Shown: positions 41,433 to 55,695 of the stretch, piece after piece
Position numbering within the stretch: the first letter of the stretch is position 1
How the letters are laid out: each line of letters begins with the position of its first letter
Source of the DNA: the human T2T-CHM13v2.0 reference genome, Homo sapiens
Length of the DNA stretch: 64,000 bases
Strand: one strand, 5' to 3'
Assembly (NCBI RefSeq): GCF_009914755.1
Contig: NC_060927.1
Position numbers and translations under genes: made by a program
Notes under the pieces: model-generated
Seen by the model: the letters and a program-made list of their open reading frames with translations, nothing else
The model's database searches: none
Told to the model about the DNA's origin: nothing

Positions 41433-42335
41433 TGTATTATTGCCTTTCAGCTAGCTATAGATCCATCTTTCATTGCCTGCTCTGTGAAAAGTTCTTTGAA
41501 GATGACATCATGCAATACTTTGTCAGTAGAGAATGCTGGAGAGACACTGCAGGAAGAAGGGGAGTCTCTCTTCTGGTGCTCTTCTGTTGGCTTCTGGCTT
41601 CTACCAAGAGCTGCTGCCAGCAACATGTTAGGAGAGAACATTGGCGCTCATCCTCATGGAGTTTCAGCAACATCCCCAGGGATGGGTTTCCAGTGAGTCT
41701 TGCAGGCCCCCTAGCAATCTGCTCCCAGCCTCAGTCCACCTGCACTTATGAGGGGTATCTCCTGCTTGCTGGTCTCTTCCTCCATTTTCTACTCACCCCT
41801 GCTCAGAGGACTACTTCCTGCTTGTAACTGCATACCAGCTCTGGTCAGGGTAACTCAGAGAACCACCCCACACAGTGGACTGTAGCCACATCTTCAGCAA
41901 GTTCTGAATCCCAGCTTTGAGGGATGGACTCTTTCCAAGTGGATCCTCCTTTAGGATTCTTCTTCAGTCCTAGGATACTCTGCAGCATTCTCTTTACACC
42001 ATTACAGATCATCTCTGATTTAGTTAATAATCAGAGATTTAGCGGTGTTTCTTAACTGAGGTGCATTTCACAGACAAGAGGACTTTGGTAATGACTGGAG
42101 ACACTGTTGGTCGTCACCACTGCAGTAGGGGTAGGAGGTGGGCTGCTACTGGCATCTAGTGGGTAGAGGCCAGAAATGCTGTTGAACATCCAAAAATGCA
42201 CAGGACAGTGCCCAGAATACAGAATCCTTCAGCCCCACATGTTAGTGGGGCTGAGGTTAAGAAACTCTATGGCAAATGGTTCTCATTCGAGTTACTGTGT
42301 GGTTTCTTTCTCCTGATTTGACCCTGACTGATGCA
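41433..42335 (+). mobile_element. LTR41/LTR33-group ERVL LTR interrupted by MER20
   Basis: gtcagtagagaatgctggagagacactgcagg; end ttactgtgtggtttc..gaccctgactgatgca. Confidence 0.6.
42040..42270 (+). mobile_element. MER20
   Basis: tgctactggcatctagtgggtagaggccag..atgcacaggacag..gctgaggttaagaaac. Confidence 0.9.
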
Positions 42336-42769
42336 GAGGGTGAGAAGGACATGAAGGCAGATAAATTATTCCCTGATAAGTTTTATCATGAGGTTTTTGT
42401 CTTAGCCACGCTGCCTTGTCTACACAACCCTGCTTTCATCAATTTGACCTGATGTTGCTGATCGAGTCAGGAAAAACATGAGTGCTGGAGATTGAGAGGA
42501 GAAGACCAGAGAGGTTTTTGTTTTATGGTTTTTGTTTTCCTTAGCTTGGCATGAATGTTCCTAATTGTTGAACAGGGAGCACATTTTTCACGTGCTCCAA
42601 CATCTATTTTCAGCTGAAAACAGATGGTAGGAAGGGTGGGTAAGGACACCATGAGATTGCAGCTTATGTGCTCACTAACAAAGAGAATATAAACATGAAA
42701 TACTAGAAAATAAATTCAAGAAATATCAAAGTAATTCAAAATCACCTCCTATTAGAATGAAGAAGGCCT

Positions 42770-43136
<367 letters not shown>

Positions 43137-43238
43137 TCATCTGGAGATTTTTTAAAAAGATACAGCTTCTGGGGCTCTAGCCCATGATTATCAAATATTA
43201 TTTATAGAGGCAATAGAGTTCAGCTCCATTATTTTATC

Positions 43239-43414
43239 CAGGGCCACTGCTAGCCCATAAGGAGCCTTTGTGAAAATTAGAAAAGGCACTCCTCGCTCTG
43301 GGCCAGGAACACGACATGGCAGGTGGAGAATTTGGGTTTCAGTTTTCTCCTACCTCCCTCAGCCAAATTTCCTTGTGCAGTGCACAGCCTGCACAACTAT
43401 ACATGGGAGCCCTG
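43239..43414 (-). mobile_element. MER91A-like (hAT-Tip100)
   Basis: cagggc...gccctg termini; ccttgtgcagtgcacagcctgcacaactatacatgg. Confidence 0.85.
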
Positions 43415-45034
43415 CTATGCAGAATGAGGAAATTGAGTCCCACAGCACTGAGTTTCTTTCTTTTTATAATTTGCTCTCTGGCCCATTCATTCACAAATTC
43501 ATTTACTCAACCATCATTTATTGAAGACTTGATATATGCAAGATCTGTTACTGTAAGATGAATAAAACACTGCCCTTTCCCTCAGGGAATACAAAGTCTA
43601 GGTGGAAAATAACTTTAACCAAATGTTTTTGCTTCTTAACTAAATGTTTTTGCTTCATCGTTTCATCTGATCTTGCAACAATGTGGAGAAGTAGGAAGTA
43701 TAATTATTATCCTTATTATACAAGTGAAGAAACAGAGAGTCCGAGACATGTCCGAAGTCACACATCTGGCCAGTCCCAAATTGGAACCAGAAGACAGGGC
43801 TCTCCAATCCCTGTGCAGTACCTGTTCCTCTACAGAACATCACCCTCTGTAAGAAGCCACAGTTTGGTGCCACTGGACCCCAGCCTCACATATACCCTAT
43901 ACTCCAATGTGGGCTGTCAACAGTGATTTTCTTACCTATTTTCACATAATTGAGTTATTCCTGATTAGTGATACCTATGAGCTGAGCACCAGTAAATACT
44001 GATATCATCTCAGTGCCAATGACTGCATTTGAGAATGAATAAGAAATTGCAGAGAAGGGTGAAAAGACATCAAAGTAGCATATGTTTATACTTTTCACAA
44101 AACATGTACCCAGCGTTAATCTCTTCACACTTAAATTTTTTTTTCTTCATAGCTCTAATCACTAGATGACGCTAATGCTTAACCATGGATTTGTTTCTCC
44201 CACTAAAATGTCAGCTCTTTGAAGGTTGGGATTTGTCTGTCATGTTCAATTTCTGACTCCCAGTATAAGAACAATGTCTGGCTCAGTAAACACTCACCAA
44301 ATAAATGAATGAACAAATTAGTAAATTTTATAGAGCTCATGGAAGTCAGCCAACCAAACCTTTTTTCTGCCTCTAACAGAACAGCCAAAAGCAATGTGGT
44401 TTTATAAATTTCAACAAAAAGCTCATTAAAAAATCCTTTGTTTTATAATGCAAACCTTATTTGTCAGAAAACTTGAGTATTCGCTTCCTAAACTTGTAGT
44501 TTTATAGTTAAGACTTTTTTTTTGGCTATATTGTCAGTAAAAAGATTTTTTTTTATTGCAGCACTAGCCAGTTTACGGTTTGTTTCCTTTTGTGCTGACA
44601 AGTCACACTAAAAAAATCTGTCACATAATTTTGTGCCACTCCGGTGGTCTAGAATAAATTATCCAAATGTGGACAGTATGACCACCATTCTAGCGATGCA
44701 TCACAGAGTCACATAATATTAGGGACAGGAGAAATCTTCTTAAATATGAAAGGAACTGCAGACCAAATTGGTTGAGGGAATCATTGAATATCACTTGGCA
44801 AGTTGGTGTCAGGACTGGGACTGAACTCCAGTTCTCACTGATGGTGGTAAGACTCCAGCTCTTCTTGAGGTGTTCACAAACAATCACAGCATTATGCATC
44901 TGTGGCACAAAGCTGTGAAAATGCACTCTCTGGGAACCATGAAGAAGGAAAAAGATGTCTCTAATTTACCTGTCCTAACTTCTACCTCTAGACTTACCAC
45001 CCAATTCTGGGATGAATGGGCATGACTTGAAGCT

Positions 45035-45300
45035 AAGTATATCAGATAGATTTTGTTGCATAACAAACTACCCCTGAACTTAATGGATGAAAACAATAAT
45101 CATTTATTTAGTGCATGGTTCTAAGAATTGGCAACTTGGGCTGGGCTCTGCTGGAAGATTCTTCTGGTCTCAATTCACTTATGCGTCAGCTATCAGCTAC
45201 TGGTTTAGCTAGGAAGCTGTTTCTGGGGATTGGCTGGTGGTTTTAACGAGCATGATGGAAGAAGCTGGGTCATGTGTCTATTATCATCTGGAAAGCTAGA
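45035..45300 (-). mobile_element. Old MLT1 LTR fragment
   Basis: tgcataacaaactacccc..aaacaataatcatttattta..ttgggctgggctctgctgg. Confidence 0.7.
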
Positions 45301-45610
45301 CAGTAAGATTGATCTCTACGTAGTTCCTTGAGCTTCAGTTTTCTTATCTGCAAAATGAATATATGTAATAAATTGTTGGAAGGATTAGTCATAAAATATA
45401 AAGCATGCCCGGCACAGCACTTAAAACAGTCACCATTGGCATCTTTACAAACCCTTTTAATAATTTCAACTGATCCCAGGTAACATGTTTAATATTTCTA
45501 CTTTTCACTCACAGGCAAGCCCTCCTCTCTCAACAATGACTCTGTGGCTCTCTAACCCACTTCTTTTTCCCTTTCATTCTAAAAACAAGCCATGTTTGGT
45601 CACCAAATAG

Positions 45611-45773
45611 AAACCAAGCATCACACCCAATCTATTTCAAGTCTGATAGTATCCAGCCCAGCCGTAGGCAAGAGTGGAGTGGAAGGGAAGTGGTAAACCG
45701 AGCATCACACCCAATCTATTGCAAATCTGGTAGTATCCAGTCCAGCCTTAGGCAAGAGTGGAGTGGAAGGGAA
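45611..45773. repeat. 84-bp-period tandem duplication (2 copies)
   Basis: 45611-45689 vs 45695-45773: 6 mismatches in 79 bp. Confidence 0.95.
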
Positions 45774-46599
45774 TGCTGAGACCCATGGGGCCAGGTCTCA
45801 GGAATAGGCAGCCAGGGACCAGTTCTAGGAGTCACTGGGAGGCATCTTGGCCCAGGCTAGGAGGCACCTAGAAAGGAGTACACCAATATGAGAAAATAGA
45901 TGCACTGACCTGGAAATAGCCATTCTCTGGAAGAGTCTCAGGCTGATTTGACTTCTTAATTTTGCCAGAAGCAACTTGCCAGCCTGCAGCAGTTTTCAAG
46001 GCCTTGCAGGCAGGTCTAAGCATTCTTTTGCTCACTGCTCCTAAAAGGACATCTGCCAATTTTCTCAATATTGCCAGTGTGGATATTCATTTATTGTAGC
46101 TCTAATTTATATTTTCTAGCCTTGAGTATGAGATGATTCTTCCTTGCAGGCCTGCACCAATCAGCTCCTTGAGCCCCTTCCCTAAGAAGCTGGGGCCAAA
46201 AACCACCCAGAGGAAGGCTCATCCTGAAGGACCTATCCTCATAAACACACCAAGGGCCCCCTGCCCAGCGAAGAGCAGCTTTTCATAAGAACTAAATGAA
46301 GGTGCTACATTTTTTTTTCAAAATTAGAACATTCTTATTAACAAAAAGCACTCTCTATGTTTTATTTTCACTCAGTTGTGAATTTGTTCTTGCTAACTAA
46401 AAAATAAAATGAGGTACAATGGGTCATAAGAAGTAATATACCCTCCCCCTTCCCAGTCTAGCAACACCTAATTATTCCATTGGAATTGAAGTGATAGCTT
46501 TTGCACTCAAGGTGATGAGACCACAAACACCCACCAGCATAAGCTAACATAAGGCATCAATGTCTCTGGAATTACATGGCTATTTGCAAGGGATAATTA

Positions 46600-46840
46600 A
46601 GTATTTTAACAAGCACATTGTGCTTTCCCTGTGCAAGTCATTGCTCTGAATGCTTTACAAGCACTAATTCTTGGAATCTTTGCAGTAGCTCTAAGAGACA
46701 AGTATCAGCCACATTTTGCAGATGAAGCAAACGAAGCACAGAAAAATGGAGTTACTTGCCCAAGGTCACACAGTCAGTGGCAAAACAGGATTTGGTGCAG
46801 GCTGGCTGGCTCTAGTGTCTGTGTGCATAGCCACTACCCT
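46600..46840 (-). mobile_element. MIR
   Basis: cattttgcagatgaagcaaacgaagcacaga..ttacttgcccaaggtcacacag. Confidence 0.85.
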
Positions 46841-47934
46841 ATGCTGCAAACATCCTGACTAGAACTTTCCACCACACCTGGGAAAACATGACCACCACCA
46901 GGACTATAGTGGAATCCACAATCTCAGAACATCAAGCTTGAGAACTTCTGATGGCCACTCTGAGATACAGCACCACTTCCAAGTCAGTCAGCCCTGACCC
47001 TTGAGCCCAGACCAGCTCTCAGTTCTTGATCTTCGCTCAGTCAACTCACCTCACAAACCCTCAGCCCTGGCTGCTGTGAGGATTCAAAGGGATACCACTT
47101 TCAAAGCATTTAGAGCAGGGCCTGGCTCATCTTAAGAGTCTGATAAATATCAGTCACTGTTATCATGATCGTTTTGCAGATGAGAACATAGAGAGGGAAA
47201 GAAGCAAATGACCCCCTCAAAGCAAAGCCACACTGCTTGTGCATAAGGGGTGTGACTGGAGACTCAGTTGAATTTGCTGCCCTGAGCAAATTCAACTACA
47301 GCAGGTGTGGATTCGTTTTGCCACATCCCCTTCTCTGCCCTGCTAGCTTGGATATCCACTCATTTCAAGGGAGCATTGGGACTCCTGGCCCCACGGGAAC
47401 CCCAAAACCCATCAGAAAGGAAACGGGTTTGGAATTCCATCCTCGCCCCACAAGGGCCACTCCTGTAAAATCAGACAGGTTCCAATCACCTCTCATGCAC
47501 CAGTGTGTTGAGTCGATGTTTATTTCAAGGCAGAGCCCCAGTTGCTGTGATGGTTGGAAAAAGCAAATGTGACCCAACATGGGAGAGATGGCCACGAAGA
47601 CAAACAAACAGCCAGCAGTCGATATAATTAATCTGTTGGAAAGCCAGGCACCAAACTCAAGTGGGTTTGCTGCCCATTTGAAGCATTTATCTTAAAGGCT
47701 GAGATGTGTGGAGTCTGCTGAGAGAACAAGTTTGCATTTCAAAGATGCCTTGAGGAGAAGTGGTACCCCAGCCTGCAAACAAGGCCTTTGAAGGTTTGTA
47801 ATTCCTCAGCATCTAGCCAAACAATCACCCCGTAAGGCAACTTAACTCTGTCAGAGGCTTAGCTACATGGAGATGGGGCATGTTTTCCCACCAGAGACCC
47901 TAGGAGTTTCTCTGCCCACATTTTTTATACAGGC

Positions 47935-47983
47935 ATTTATTTATTTATGTATTTATTTATTTATTTATTTATTTATCTATTTA
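47935..47983. repeat. (TTTA)n microsatellite
   Basis: Seen directly. Confidence 0.9.
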
Positions 47984-48088
47984 TGGACGGGACCAGTGAA
48001 GGCAAAAGTGCTTAAATTCCACGACCTGGGTTTCTCCAAGGGCCAAGTGGACATGTAAGAAATAATGATTAAAAGGAAAAAGGCTTCC

Positions 48089-48393
48089 TTCTTATTTATT
48101 TTTCTTTTTTTGAAATGGAGTCTTGCTTTATCGCCCAGGCTGGAATGCACGGGCACCATCTTGGCTCACTGCAACCTCTTCCTCCTGGGTTCAAGCGATT
48201 CTCTTGCCTCAGCCCCCTGAGTAGCTGGGACTACAGGTGCCTGCCACCCCACCTGGCTAATTTTTGTGTATTTAGTAGAGACAGGGTTTCACCATGTTGG
48301 CCAAGCTAGTCTCAAACTCCTGGCCTCAAGTAATTCACCTGCCTAGGCCTCTCAAAGTACTGGAATTACAGTACTTTGCCACCACACCCAGGC
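48089..48393 (-). mobile_element. AluS/J (diverged)
   Basis: Complete antisense dimer. Confidence 0.92.
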
Positions 48394-49747
48394 AAGCCTT
48401 TCTTTTTAAAATGTTAAAGAAGTCCAGGAAGCAGGGAGGTGATGAAGAAATAGCCCTTGGCTACACAGAGTCAGGGCACCTGCCTTTTCTTGTGCTCATC
48501 AGTGTCCCTCCCAGAAGAGGTGGTGGCACACAGTGCATAAGAACTTGGACTTCAAGGTAGGGAGTCACCATCTATATGGAGCATAAGAATTACCTGGGAG
48601 GCTTAATAACAAGGTTCCCATCCCCAAGACAGGCTACTTAGATTGAATCCTATGAAATGGTCCAGACATGACAGTGTTTAAGTTCCTAAATGGCAATTTC
48701 ATATGGTTCAACCTGATCATTTGGTAAATCTGAGATGGAATTAGGAAATCTAGAGTTCTACAAAGTGCCCCATGTGATCCCGATGCAGGGAATTATTGAA
48801 CCTTTTCTCTGGAGTCTGACATGTCTGGATCTAATTTCCTTGGCCATCTCTCCCCAGCTCTGCATGGCCAAGTTACCAAGCATAGCAGATATTCCAATGC
48901 TCCAATATCTGTGTGCCCCCCTACAAAGCCAGTGTGCCTACTCCATCTTTTTCTCTGCCTTGGCTATCTGCCTTGGGGGCTGCATGCTCCAAGTGGCAAG
49001 GCTGCTTGCCGGAGGAAGGCCATCCAACCTGCTTCACATTCTGTGCGAGCAAGAAATACCTTTTTTCCGTGTTAAGCAAAAGACATTTCAAGGTGTATTT
49101 GTGACTTCTGCGTGGTCTAGCCCATTGTCACTAGTGCTATTCATCTCTGGAGCCTCAGGGTATTTATACACTCAGATCCCTCACCCCTCAGGTCTTATTG
49201 ATCGCCTTTCCTTCCCTGCAGCACCTCCTCCCCACTACACTTTCATCTATTCCCCAAATAAAAACTTGCACTCTAGGAAAACTCAAGTGAAGCCAGCCTC
49301 CCTTAGCAGTTGGCAGGCATAAGCTCAAGGCAGTGGGAGCCATAGGGAAACACACATAGACAAGACAGAACTCATCTGCTCACTTTATTGCCATTCACAA
49401 GGAGACCTGCGTGCCTTGGAACTCTGCCTGTGGAGGTTCCATGCATCACCCACCCTCTACATTCAGGAGGATGAGAGCAAAGAGAGTTTGGTTTATTAGA
49501 ATCGTCAACATGTTGGTGGGCCCCCCTACCCCACCCCACCTCAAAGATAACTTAGTGCCAGAAGATGAACATCCCATTCATGGAGGAAAGCTTTGCAAAC
49601 AAAAGTTTTCCAAGTACTCAACATCTAAACAGGAGAGCACAAAAGTATCTTCCTGAGAAAAACCCACCACCCCACTTAGGAAAAGTCTCATGCTTCCGCC
49701 TCCCTTATTACAGCCACAGCCAGCTGACCCCTTATCTGGCAGACCCC

Positions 49748-50311
49748 TGTATTGAATACATTTTTTTATTATCTTGGTGTTCTGGCATTTGGGGTCCTGT
49801 TCTTGGAGTGACTGCCTCTCTGAGGAAAGCTAATTACGAGGCATAGAAAATGACTCCTCTGTGAGTACATTTTTCTCATGCAAACCAATCAATTTCAAAT
49901 CCATATCCCTCAATCATCTCCTTTATCAAACTCTCAGACACCAGTATTTCTAATATTCCCCTACCTAAATCACCCCAGGGCCAAGTTCTGGACAACTGAA
50001 GACCACTCTTATAGCCCAGAGTCCACCAAAATTATTCAAACCATTCAGTCCTAAATTTACTCAGGGTACCTGCCTTGTCTCACCCATCCCTTCCCACGAA
50101 AACCCCAATACTGGATCTGGGCCATGTTCTCCCCTTCCCTCTCTCTGTTTCCTGACTGGCCCTGGTGTATCTCCACGTGGGCCTGCGTGACATACTTGCC
50201 TCCTGCTTCTCGAGGTCTGTAAGTATAAATTATTCCCTCACGATGATCATTTCAGCATCTTGTATCTTACAATACCTGATTAAAACAATCCCGGGTACAA
50301 TTTTTAGAACA
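49748..50311 (+). mobile_element. MER74-like ERVL LTR
   Basis: tgtatt... start; atgcaaaccaatcaat, atcaccccagggcca, cccttcccacgaaaacc; ends ...agaaca. Confidence 0.75.
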
Positions 50312-51054
50312 CACCCACCTGGTATTGACCTTCATAATTGAAAAATACCCTTCACAGCTGATAGTGCTTACTCAGGGTAGGAAAACGCCCATTCTCCAAG
50401 TGGACTTTTCCTTTGTTTAGTTTATTTTCCAAAACCTTTCCCTAATGTAATGTAACAAGACAATTTATTGAGATATTATGTTTTTTTCTTCACTTATTTT
50501 TTTCCCTGTCCCCTCATGGACCACATGTGTGTCCTTGACTTGGAGAATTTTTAAGAAAGCAGACCCTGCTTGATGGCAACAGCTTTTCCTGTATATTATA
50601 AAACATCAATTAATTGTCATGATTATATTAGATGCCCCTGAGGAGGAAGGGAGAAGTGAACATTCTGTCTTAAGGGTAGGGAGAAAGATGGAAGGAAGAC
50701 TGGCAGAGGTTCCCAAGAGTAGCAGCACCCTGGGCTGGTAGGATACCAGTGGGACCCCAAGCTCTAGGCCCAGCCCCAGGCTTGAGAGCAGAGACACCAG
50801 ACGTCAATGGACTTGGTGAGCTAGAATACTGGGTCATCTCAGAGTAATGAGTAGACTAAGGCTTTGCAGGCCCTGAGGAGCCATCTAAGACCCTCCTGCC
50901 ACTCAGGACCTTAGGAAGACCCCAGAGAGAGGAGCTGCAATAATCATGAGATAGAACGTACTAGTACCCTGTGTTCTGGGAGCTCGAAGATTAATTTAAA
51001 TTAATTAAACACAAAAAGAAATCTGATGGGGGCATATCAAAAGGACAAAGGAGC

Positions 51055-51950
51055 TGCAGCAGCAGAATAGCAGCCCCCAAAGGTGGTCACACTGCAATCC
51101 CCAGAACCTGTGATTTTGTTACCCTACATGGCAAAGGGAATTTGCAGATGCAATTAAGTTACAGATCTTGAGATGAGAAGTGCTATGGACAGAATTGTGC
51201 CTCCCCAGCCCAAATGCATACATAGAAGCCTTAATCCCTAATGGGACTACATTTGGAGATAGGGCATAAAGGAGATAATTAATATTAAATAAGGTCATAA
51301 GAGTAGGAGCTCTAAGCTGAGAGGGCTCATGGTGTTATAACAAGAGACACCAGACAGTTCACTGGCACTTTCTCTCTGCCATGTGAGGACACAGTGAGAA
51401 GGCAGCCGTCTGTAGGTGAGGAGAAGAGCCCTTACTGGGTACTAAATCAAACAGCACCTTGATCTTGGATTTCTCAGCCTCCGGAACTGTAAGAAATGAA
51501 TTTCTGTTGCTTAAGCCACCCTATTTGTGATATTTTGTTATGACTGCTTTGCAGCCTGAGTCGACTAAAACAGGGAGACTGCCTGGGTGATCTGGGGTGG
51601 GGGGTGGAGAGAATGTAATCACAAGCGTCCTAATAAGTAAAAGAGAAAAGCAGGAAGGTCAGAGTCAGAGATGGAAGCAGAGGACTGAGTGACGGAATTT
51701 CTGGTCTTGAAGATGAAAGGGGATCATGAGCCAGGAAATGTTGGGGGAGGCCTCTAGAAGCTGGAAAAGGCAAACATAGGGGTCCTCAACTAGAGTCTCC
51801 AGAAGGGATCGCAGCCCAGCCAGCACCTTGATTTTAGCCCGGTAAGACTTTGGACTTCGAGCCTCCAGAACTGTGAGATAATAAATCTGTCTTGTTTTAA
51901 GCCATGAAGTTTATAGTAATTTGTTACAACAGCAATAGGGAACTAATACT
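51055..51950 (+). mobile_element. MLT1D solo LTR
   Basis: catggcaaagggaatttgcagatg..ctagaagctggaaaaggcaa..ggaactaatac; TSD ggagc/agagc. Confidence 0.85.
51181..51572 (+). mobile_element. MLT1A-type LTR nested in MLT1D
   Basis: tgctatggacagaattgtg...gactaaaaca termini. Confidence 0.85.
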
Positions 51951-53474
51951 AGAGCCAATCTGAAATTGCTGCCAATGGCCAAACCTGGAACAATTTGAAC
52001 AAAGCATAAATAAATAGCATAGTACTAGGTTACAATCCAAAGTATAAAATAAATATATGAGTCCATACTGATACAAGCAATAGAATAAGCCAATAAATGG
52101 GAAGAAGGGATAAATCATCCTCTGTAGAATAATTACAAATAATATAAGTAGATAGCTTCCCCTCCAGGAGGAAGAGGTAAAACATCACCCTCCTCCCATT
52201 GAGTGTGGACTCAACTCTCAGACTCTCCTCCAAAGAAAAGAGCCTGGAATGGGGGAAATAGAAAGCTGGCAAACACTACTTTTAACAAGTCCTCTCTTGT
52301 ATCCCCTGGTTTGAAGTGATGAGAAGATTTCCCCTCTGTAATATTCTTTCCAAAAGTCCATAACCCTGGTCTAATCATGAGAAAATATCAAACAAAACCA
52401 AATTGAGGGACATTCTTCAAGACACCTGACCAGTGCTCTTTAAAACTGTCAAAGTCATGGAAAACAAAGACAGACTGACCAGAGGAGATTAGGGAGATAC
52501 ACTAGCTAAATGTATTGAAGTTCACTGAATTAGATCCTAGAACAGAACAAAAGCATGAGCCTAGAAACTGGTGACATCTGAGTAAAGTTAATAGTGAAAA
52601 AGCAAAGAAAACAGAAATGCACTATGTCTTCTAGACATGAGGTTGTACTTACAAAGTTCTACCACATGAGCAATGAGGATGAGGATAAGGTAGATATTTT
52701 AAATTACTTTAAAGTACTTGTTATAAACACAGACGAGAGACAGAGAGAGTACTAGCTATAGATATAAATATGTAAGTATTCAACTTACCTTTAATCTACT
52801 TCTTGGGACAGTTTATTAACATTTGAAGTTCCCTAATCAGGAATCCATACCCCAGGGAGGTTTGTTTAGCATCTGATGGACTCTAATCAGGAGTTCAATC
52901 TCCAGAAGCTGCCACCTCAAGCATTTCAAACATCTCTATTTAAATATGCTCTAGAGGACCATTAATTAGCAGAGGAGATGTTAGAAACACTTTCTCACTG
53001 ATTAGATGAGTAGTGTTCAGGGTATGAGGTCAGCCAGAAATACAATGATACAGACCTCCATCTCCAGTCAACTCAGTACAAGAATCTGGTGAGCTCAGCA
53101 TCCCGACAGTGCCTTGTGTCTGGAATCCCATTGGGTCATGTCTCTCTCCCAATTTTATCTGCTGGTCTTTCTTGTCTGATTGGACATTTTAACTGCTACC
53201 TCATTGATCCTTTCATATAAAGTGGTTGTTGAAGCTTCTAAAAGCAGAGGTGGTTGTGATGCACGAACTCACAGGACAGAGTGGAGGGCTGTTTCTGTGC
53301 CCACTTGCTGAGCCACAAGTGCGCATGCAGCAGAGTTCAGATGGTATGTAATAAATGTCCCAGCAGTGGGGCAGTGGAGAGGAGACCTGGTAGCTTTCAT
53401 TTGCCTCTAATAATTGAATAATCCTTCCATTAAGAATGCAACAATAGATCCCCAGCTCAGCTTTTGCCAGAATA

Positions 53475-53660
53475 GGGATGGGAGGGAGAAAGGAAGGGAA
53501 GGGAGAAGAGAGGAGAGAAAGGGAATTAAGTTGGAGATAGAGAAGCAAGAGAGAGAGATAAGGGAAAGTAGAAGGGAGGAAGAAGGCAGGGAGGGAAGAA
53601 GGGAGGGGAACATAGAGGGTGAGCCTGGGCGTGGAATGGGAAGGGGACGAGGTAAGGGAG
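53475..53660 (+). repeat. Polypurine low-complexity tract
   Basis: GA-rich run of about 185 bp. Confidence 0.85.
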
Positions 53661-54190
53661 CCTTTCTGCTGAGGATGCAGAAAGCTGAGACTGTGGGCAT
53701 CTTAGGGTCTGTGTGGCTTCAGGGTGACTTGAATTCTTGGCTAGCAAGTGAGGCTGTGTCCTGTTTGCTGAGCAGCTTTTGCAGGCCCTGTAGTCACTGC
53801 TGCCTCCACTGTTTCCCAGACAGTACTGGCTGCAGGAGGAACAATTCAGGCCCATGACTAAATAAATACAGACGGGGTGCTAAGATTCACTAATATTAAC
53901 TGAAGGGTAGCCCAGTGGGGCAAAGTAGAGGGCCCCTTTCCCCATCGATGCCTCAGAGTAAAGAAGGAAATGGATCTCCCAGTAAAAACATCAGAGTCCT
54001 GAATCCTGAATCCTAGAGCCTCAGACCCATAGCATCAGCCTCCTTGGAAGCAGAATAAAGTAAATGTAAGATCAACCATATCACCTTCCTTCCCAGGCAA
54101 TCGGGTGCCACTATTCTTGGCAGCAGAGAGGAAACTCTAGCCATCTCCTGGTTTTTCAGAACAGAGTAGCTGGACTATATCCTCCCTCAG

Positions 54191-54534
54191 TGTCTTAGTC
54201 TATTCAGGCTGCTATAACAAAATGCCATACACTGGGTGGCCTATACACCATAGAAATATATTTCTCACAGTTCTGGTGGCTGGCAAGTCCAAGGTCAAGG
54301 CGTTGGCAGATTTGATGTCTGGTGAGGTCTTTCTGGTTCATAGATGGCACCTTCCCACTCTGTCCTCATAAGATGGAAGAAGGGTGATGGGTGTCTCTCA
54401 GGCCTCTTTTAAAAGGGCACTAACACCACTTATTAGAGGTCAGCCCTCATGACCTAATCACCTGTCAAAGACCTCGCCTCCTAATATAGTCACCTTGGAG
54501 GTTTCAATATATGAATTTGCAGGGGACCATGACA
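54191..54534 (-). mobile_element. MSTD/MLT1A-type LTR
   Basis: tgtcttagtctattcaggctgctataacaaaat..tctcacagttctgg..tttcaatatatgaattt; TSD ctcag/cccag. Confidence 0.85.
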
Positions 54535-55189
54535 CCCAGGAAGTCCTCCCTGACCACCTCCTTCTGAATAACATTTTCCTCTGCAAGTCTTACACCACTT
54601 GCCTCTCTGCTACTTACATGTAACACTTTTAAGCACAGAGAGAAGCACAGGGATTTGGAGAATATATAATAGTAAAGTACTAACAACAACAACCAAAACA
54701 CAACAATAGGTGATATATAAATCTGGCTCTTACTATGGGCTACACTCTATGACAAGCCCTGTACACGAGCTATCTCAGTCAATTTTTGTAACCTATCATA
54801 TAGGTCCTGTGACAATCCTCATTTTACTAATGAGAAAAATAAGAAAACTGAGGGATCAAGGTCACAGAGACCATGGGTGGTGAAGCCATAATCCAAATCT
54901 TCCAAAGACTTAGCTGGATTATAGCCTAGCTCTGCCATTTGTTATCAGGGTCACCTGGGACAAGGTACTTTAACTCCCTACATGTGGGTCACCTCACTAG
55001 TTCACTATTACTCTACCCATCTGACAGAATTGTAAGGCTCGATTAAATAATGCACATAATGGCCCTGGATGAAAGCCTGGGAAGGGGCAGGCACTTAATA
55101 AAGTTGTTGAATAAGCAAATAAGCACATAATGGCTATCAGCGACCAGTGTTGCCTTGTGATGTCTCCTAGCTTCAATTTTTCAATCCTC

Positions 55190-55695
55190 ACTGCTGTAGG
55201 TGGCACTGGCTAAGGTGGGTGTCCACACCATATTTCCCCAGTGGCCATCACTGTACTATGTTTTTGGAAGAATTAATTGTAGTGTCTCAGTCTACATGGA
55301 TTTGGGTGGAAGAGATGAGCTTTTATCCAGTCTCCTCAGACCAATCAGAGTCCTTCCTTGACATTTTTCTAGAGGAATCTAGAAGCCCTCCACTCTGTCT
55401 GGTAAGCTCTCAGGATGAGGGTAGAGGTCTTCAGGCAGCCATGGCCACACGATGTGGAAGGAATCGCACCCAGGAAGAGAAATTCAAGCCATCGTGCAGA
55501 CAAAGAGAGAGAGAGAGATGAAGAACAAGGAAACCCTGCCAGCCTCTGAGTGCCTGGTCCCAATTGTCACAAAGCTAGTCCCATCCCCACCCTTGCTGTA
55601 GTTTGGTTTCATCAGCCAGTGAAGTCCCCTCTTTGACTAAGCTATTTTAATTTAAATTTCTGTTATTTTCAACCAAAGAAACCCAATCATTACAA
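55190..55695 (+). mobile_element. Old MLT1 (K/L-type) LTR
   Basis: ccaatcagagtcctt, ggcagccatggccacac, ccctctttgactaagc motifs. Confidence 0.55.

Larger units (their letters stand above)
51010..52590 (+). mobile_element. L1MC/L1MD 3' region hosting nested MLT1D and MLT1A
   Basis: gggcatatcaaaaggaca|..ccaatggccaaacctggaacaatttga, gtctaatcatgagaaaa, caaattgagggacatt. Confidence 0.8.

Noticed and set aside
43615-43656. 21-bp tandem duplication
   Set aside because: Real but an ordinary slippage event
48735-49322. 195-aa ATG ORF
   Set aside because: No recognisable domain or exon context; its ends overlap MER5-like and MLT1-like remnants; length attainable by chance
53414-53857. 147-aa E/R/G-rich ORF
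   Set aside because: Translation of a polypurine low-complexity tract
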